Position numbers and translations under genes: made by a program. Under the pieces are notes generated by a model, which worked only from the letters and a program-made list of their open reading frames with translations, was not told where the DNA came from and ran no database searches. Positions 46,144 to 50,075 of a stretch of 50,075 nt of DNA are shown here, in pieces (the stretch's first letter is position 1; every line of letters starts with the position of its first letter). The DNA comes from a virus. Lineage: Duplodnaviria; Caudoviricetes. Location: positions 1 through 50,075 of the IMG/VR virus record IMGVR_UViG_3300026881_000001. The stretch is one strand, 5' to 3'.

Positions 46144-46600
46144 GCCCGGTTTTGGCTTTCAGTGCTTCGCTTATTTCAGGTAGCACTATTTCTTCAGCAA
46201 ACTCTTTTCTTACTGGCTCTCCCAGTTCCATGATTTGTTCACCACTTCTTTCAATGATGTATTTGTAATAGGCCACATCACTATCTATCTGGTAAGCATC
46301 CCCGTCTATTTTGGTCTCTAATGACTTGTAGAAATCACCGGACATATAATTCGTGATACGATCTGTAATAGCTCCTAACCCCTTACCGTATTTCTTTTTG
46401 TGTTCTATAGTAGATGGCTGGTAAACTTCCTTATCGTATAGCTTTACCGGATCTCCATTACCGTCCCGGCCAGTAGATAATTGTTGTGCAAGCAGGTCGT
46501 CCAGTTTGTCGGTGTTATTTCCAACGATAGATGTAAACTCCTCGCCGAAATCAAACGCCTCTAATTGGGCAATCTTATTTGCAAAATCATCTAAGGGCAT
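46127..46600 (-). CDS. Putative neck/virion morphogenesis protein
   Basis: 157 aa; QLSTGRDGNG, Y..STI..KK, SGDFYKS motifs; tail-module position. Confidence 0.55.
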   Translation of the reverse strand: MPLDDFANKIAQLEAFDFGEEFTSIVGNNTDKLDDLLAQQLSTGRDGNGDPVKLYDKEVYQPSTIEHKKKYGKGLGAITDRITNYMSGDFYKSLETKIDGDAYQIDSDVAYYKYIIERSGEQIMELGEPVRKEFAEEIVLPEISEALKAKTGLVINQ

Positions 46601-46613
46601 TTGCGAGAATTTA

Positions 46614-46644
46614 AAAAAGGCGGCAGTTGCCCACCGCCTTTTTT
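46614..46644. terminator. Intrinsic terminator
   Basis: aaaaaggcgg-cagttgccca-ccgcctttttt. Confidence 0.75.
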
Positions 46645-46649
46645 GTTTA

Positions 46650-46958
46650 CTACTCTTTATTTACAGCGGCGCCAGCTCCGGCGGTATTCGCGGGATTTAC
46701 AGGTGGAGTATCAGTATTACCAGTTGCAGAAGCTACATTTGCTGCAGTAGCAGGGATGGTTGTGGCCTTAGTCTTTTTAGGCTTCTCCACTATCTCCACA
46801 TCTGCGGGCTTAATTGCTTCCCACAACTCTTTGTAGGCAGCTTCTGCATCATCTTCCAGGTGGGCGAATATTTGCCCGGCTTCCTGCTTTAAAGATTCGA
46901 GGCTATCATGCGCCTCTTTAAAGAATTTTACGTTTACATCTACGCCAAATATTTTCAT
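46650..46958 (-). CDS. Hypothetical protein after tail tube gene
   Basis: 102 aa with low-complexity Ala/Thr tail, followed by terminator. Confidence 0.6.
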   Translation of the reverse strand: MKIFGVDVNVKFFKEAHDSLESLKQEAGQIFAHLEDDAEAAYKELWEAIKPADVEIVEKPKKTKATTIPATAANVASATGNTDTPPVNPANTAGAGAAVNKE

Positions 46959-47018
46959 GGTCTTTATTTTTAAAGACGGTGGTTGCCCACCCCCTGTTAG
47001 GTTATTTAATCGCTTGGA

Positions 47019-47948
47019 TTACGGAATAAGGATATCAACGCTTTGTACACCTTCATATCCTTCGATGTTGTTTGTAAACAATACAGAAGGGGCAGCTAAT
47101 GCTACAGTGTATGTAGCTGCTGAAGTGAATGTGCCGGTTAACTCAATGTGACCACCAACAATCGCAACGGCTGAGGCTGTAACAGTTGCTCCGGTTGCTT
47201 TATTGGTGATAACGAAATTGCCAAGGGTGGCAAGTGGTGAACCTAATAATGCTACCAAGTCAGTATCGGCGCATTCGGTTTGTACACCTATTTTTAATTT
47301 GGTAGTACTGGACCCGGTTGCATCAGTAACAATACAATCTATCAGCCCCATTAAGTCCAACACATCGAAATCCAATTGGTAGATTTCACCTTTCTGTACC
47401 AATTCAATTGGAGACAATGACGTTTGGAAATTGTTTTTTGCAGGGTTTTTGAAGTCTGCCTCATCAGGAGAAGGTGCAAACATGAAACTGTAACGAAGGC
47501 CACTGTATGTACCATCGCCGTTGTTTCTGAACATTGCCTGGGCCAGTTGATCAATTTTGATAATGTTGTATCCTGCCTGGTTTAAGGATTGAAGTACCTG
47601 TGCCAAACATAGGCCGCCATCCGTAGTGCTGTACACTGTATTGATAAAACCATATAACAAGAAAACCTTTGATCCATCACCTAAAGTCACGATTACATCA
47701 CTATCTTTTGATGGTGTGATATCACGAATAGGTGCAGCATTACCGAACAAAGGGAAAATACGTGATTCCCTGGCAGCATGTATCTGCGTTTTTAAATACG
47801 CTGTGAAATCCTCCATATCCTGATCTGTCCACTTCAGTGTTTTTGGGACAGGGATAAGCATTGCAGCGGGGCCTAAGAACTTGCCGCATTCAATGCCTGT
47901 ATTTTTTATTGTATTGGCGACTTTACACGCCTTAGTAGCAGCTCCCAT
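47019..47948 (-). CDS. Putative major tail tube protein with C-terminal Ig-like extension
   Basis: 309 aa; N-terminal C...NTG..C motif; position between neck genes and TMP. Confidence 0.65.
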   Translation of the reverse strand: MGAATKACKVANTIKNTGIECGKFLGPAAMLIPVPKTLKWTDQDMEDFTAYLKTQIHAARESRIFPLFGNAAPIRDITPSKDSDVIVTLGDGSKVFLLYGFINTVYSTTDGGLCLAQVLQSLNQAGYNIIKIDQLAQAMFRNNGDGTYSGLRYSFMFAPSPDEADFKNPAKNNFQTSLSPIELVQKGEIYQLDFDVLDLMGLIDCIVTDATGSSTTKLKIGVQTECADTDLVALLGSPLATLGNFVITNKATGATVTASAVAIVGGHIELTGTFTSAATYTVALAAPSVLFTNNIEGYEGVQSVDILIP

Positions 47949-47966
47949 AGTTAATATTTTTGTTGT

Positions 47967-48512
47967 TTAACAATTACTTTTAAAAGGCTTATAGCTTATA
48001 TCCATCTCAAACCTGAAAACATGGTAAGGGTGCATATCAGCAAACTGTAACCGGTTATCTCTGCGAGAACCAGCATACTCAGCCAGTGACTTTTCTACTC
48101 CTGTTACTTGCTTGGTAGGAATAAAACCAAAAGGATATTGATTGAGGATTTGGTGAACATCAAGCCTTACTTGCTCATCAAGTCTGCCACCTTTAATTTT
48201 TTGCAGGTTCACGAAAAACACCAGGTGTACAGTGGTTGTGTTCAGTAATCCGATCTTAACATCGCCAACACCGAAGAAAGAGTGCGCTATTAGGGTATCA
48301 TCTAAAAAGAGTTCTTTGTATTCATCTACCCCAGTGTATATCTCAGCTATAAACCCGTCTTTGATTTTGTTTCTATAGCAACGTGAGTAACATTGATAGT
48401 CAAGATCGTTGTTGATGTTCCAGGCTTTCTTTAAAATGGGGTACATTTTCCTTTGTAGCCCATCAATAGGAACATCAATTCCTGCTACTATATCCTGTCG
48501 GGTTACTAACAT
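47967..48512 (-). CDS. Putative tail completion/terminator protein (second allele)
   Basis: 181 aa, 5 aa differences from 126..671. Confidence 0.5.
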   Translation of the reverse strand: MLVTRQDIVAGIDVPIDGLQRKMYPILKKAWNINNDLDYQCYSRCYRNKIKDGFIAEIYTGVDEYKELFLDDTLIAHSFFGVGDVKIGLLNTTTVHLVFFVNLQKIKGGRLDEQVRLDVHQILNQYPFGFIPTKQVTGVEKSLAEYAGSRRDNRLQFADMHPYHVFRFEMDISYKPFKSNC

Positions 48513-49626
48513 TGAATTGACTTACGGTTAAAGCTTTTGGCTTGGGGTAAAATGATTTTTTAACTCTTTCCAGTTCTCTTGTGATCCGCTGTTTCAAACC
48601 TGTCGTTTGCGGAGTATCTGGCAATGCCATAACCCCGTTAAGATCAAGTTGTGCAGCAAATTGCGCGGCATTATCAGAGAGAATTCGTTGCTTATCATTG
48701 CTTCGTGTATTGTATAAGATTTGTTCGATACACATATAGGCCATTGTAAGGCCCACCAGTTCATCAAACAGAAAGGCTTTTTTTACTACCTGCTGGGTAT
48801 GATCACGAAAGGCACTTACTTCCAGGTTAAAGCCAAAGGGCAACAAAGATTCATACCGCTGGTTACGATCGAAATCTGTTACAAGCCCTCCGTTATCATC
48901 TTTCAATTGTGCCGCACTTACGGGCATAGCTGAAAACGTACACGTCTTGTTCCAATCCCATGTTTGTTCTTGGATCGCTCTTGCGTCGCCGAGATCATTT
49001 TGAAAATACCCCAGGTAATACCGGTTGCCTTTCGTACCGGCAGTTATATAGCTTAGAACACAATTAGATAAATCAACTACAGTGTTTTCATTCGCTTGCA
49101 GGTTAATATCACCAGTCCATACAGGCGTTTTAACGCCATCTTTAAACAGGTAAAGCGTAAATAAACAGTCAGTATCAAAAAGAAAAGTTGCACTATTGAT
49201 CTGTACGGAAACATCAAACGTATTCGCTACTTTGATCTCATACCCAACGAACATCCCTGTATTGTTAACAGGTTGATCATTTCTTGTAGCACGATTGTAC
49301 AATAGCGATTGTTCCAGGTACTCCGGTTCATTTAACACTCCGTTCAGCGAACGAAGGATAGCTGCTTGTTGCATACGCTGTAAAAGCGCATTAAAATCGC
49401 TATCTGATATTTGCGGATTTTCCTGTACCGCTTTCAGGTTATTGATATTAACCAGTGCATGAAAACTCCCATCATTAAAAAACCTTCCACTCAACGACTT
49501 TAAATTCATGGCATTCATAACAGGCGCTCCGGTAATGGTAGATTGTAACCAACCTACCCTACCGATGAGCGCTTTGTTAATCTTGTCCAGATCAAAGCCA
49601 TTGCTGTATTGAAGTGTATCTGGCAT
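48475..49626 (-). CDS. Putative head-tail connector/neck protein (second allele)
   Basis: 383 aa, about 15 aa differences from 634..1785. Confidence 0.5.
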   Translation of the reverse strand: MPDTLQYSNGFDLDKINKALIGRVGWLQSTITGAPVMNAMNLKSLSGRFFNDGSFHALVNINNLKAVQENPQISDSDFNALLQRMQQAAILRSLNGVLNEPEYLEQSLLYNRATRNDQPVNNTGMFVGYEIKVANTFDVSVQINSATFLFDTDCLFTLYLFKDGVKTPVWTGDINLQANENTVVDLSNCVLSYITAGTKGNRYYLGYFQNDLGDARAIQEQTWDWNKTCTFSAMPVSAAQLKDDNGGLVTDFDRNQRYESLLPFGFNLEVSAFRDHTQQVVKKAFLFDELVGLTMAYMCIEQILYNTRSNDKQRILSDNAAQFAAQLDLNGVMALPDTPQTTGLKQRITRELERVKKSFYPKPKALTVSQFNVSNPTGYSSRN

Positions 49627-50039
49627 TAAGGAGTTTGATACTTTTTAGGCACGTAATAAACTGTTAACACTGCCGACATGGTACCCGATCCTGTAGCTAC
49701 TACCCGGTAATAGGTATCTGATGGCGCGGGTTTTGAAAACCTAACCACATTAGTTGCTATATCCGTTACTGTAACAGAATCAGTATTAGTAAAGTGGCTA
49801 TTGTCCAGGCAGCTTTGCAAATACACTTTACCGGCAACAGTTCCGGAAATTTTTACAAGATTGGCCTGTACTCCAAGGGTGGAATAACCTGCTGTTACTG
49901 TAAAAGCTTTCGTAACACTGCCTGTATTAACTACTGTATCGCCCGCTACAAGAGGCATTTTTGTTGGCTGTTGAGCCGAAATAGCTGTGATGGTGCATAA
50001 TGCTATCATCAACAGCATAAAAACCTTTTTCATTTTCAA
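49626..50039 (-). CDS. Signal-peptide beta protein (second allele)
   Basis: 137 aa, 5 aa differences from 1785..2198. Confidence 0.7.
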   Translation of the reverse strand: MKMKKVFMLLMIALCTITAISAQQPTKMPLVAGDTVVNTGSVTKAFTVTAGYSTLGVQANLVKISGTVAGKVYLQSCLDNSHFTNTDSVTVTDIATNVVRFSKPAPSDTYYRVVATGSGTMSAVLTVYYVPKKYQTP

Positions 50040-50075
50040 TAATTGAATAGTGATGAAATTGTTTTAACGCAGATG

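Larger units (their letters stand above)
1..50075 (-). mobile_element. Temperate siphovirus-like (pro)phage DNA, one genome unit of about 47.8 kb plus the start of a diverged second copy
   Basis: Complete set of terminase, portal, capsid, tail, tape measure, lysis, integrase, repressor and replication genes; no host housekeeping genes seen; repeat period 47841 bp. Confidence 0.95.
47842..50075. repeat. Diverged direct repeat, copy 2 (copy 1 at 1-2234)
   Basis: Colinear with copy 1 to the last base of the window. Confidence 0.97.

Noticed and set aside
45439-46958. Programmed frameshift of tail chaperone (G/GT type)
   Set aside because: No convincing slippery heptamer at an ORF end, and a terminator follows the 102-aa ORF
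1953-50000. Numerous short plus-strand ORFs overlapping minus-strand genes
   Set aside because: Antisense shadows of long, motif-bearing phage genes, with no recognisable motifs or start context
47842-50075. Identical terminal repeat or circular assembly overlap
   Set aside because: The copies differ at many positions, including amino-acid changes

Overview
The whole window is a temperate, long-tailed (siphovirus-like) phage. The host is probably Bacteroidota, inferred from TAnnTTTG promoters, AT-rich SD-less starts and Gln after signal-peptide cleavage sites. Nearly all genes are on the minus strand. Modules: head/packaging (terS, terL, portal, scaffold, major capsid), replication (PolA, DUF2815 SSB, DUF2800 nuclease, VirE primase/helicase, VRR-NUC, SNF2 helicase, C5 methyltransferase, iteron-rich putative origin), cI/cro switch, tyrosine integrase next to an attP-like site carrying a tRNA 3' end, lysis cassette, and tail. 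Main finding: a compact diversity-generating retroelement (RT 14557-15522, 66-bp template repeat 15640-15705) with no recognisable Avd. It targets three paralogous 112-152 aa proteins in the early/replication region rather than a tail fibre: one next to the TR and two about 7.3-7.6 kb away. All 32 TR-to-VR differences I counted fall on TR adenines. Second finding: bases 1-2234 recur at 47842-50075 as a colinear but diverged copy. Together with the internal attP-like junction, this suggests two related prophages in tandem, or an assembly chimera. All calls come from reading motifs and gene order; no database searches were run.
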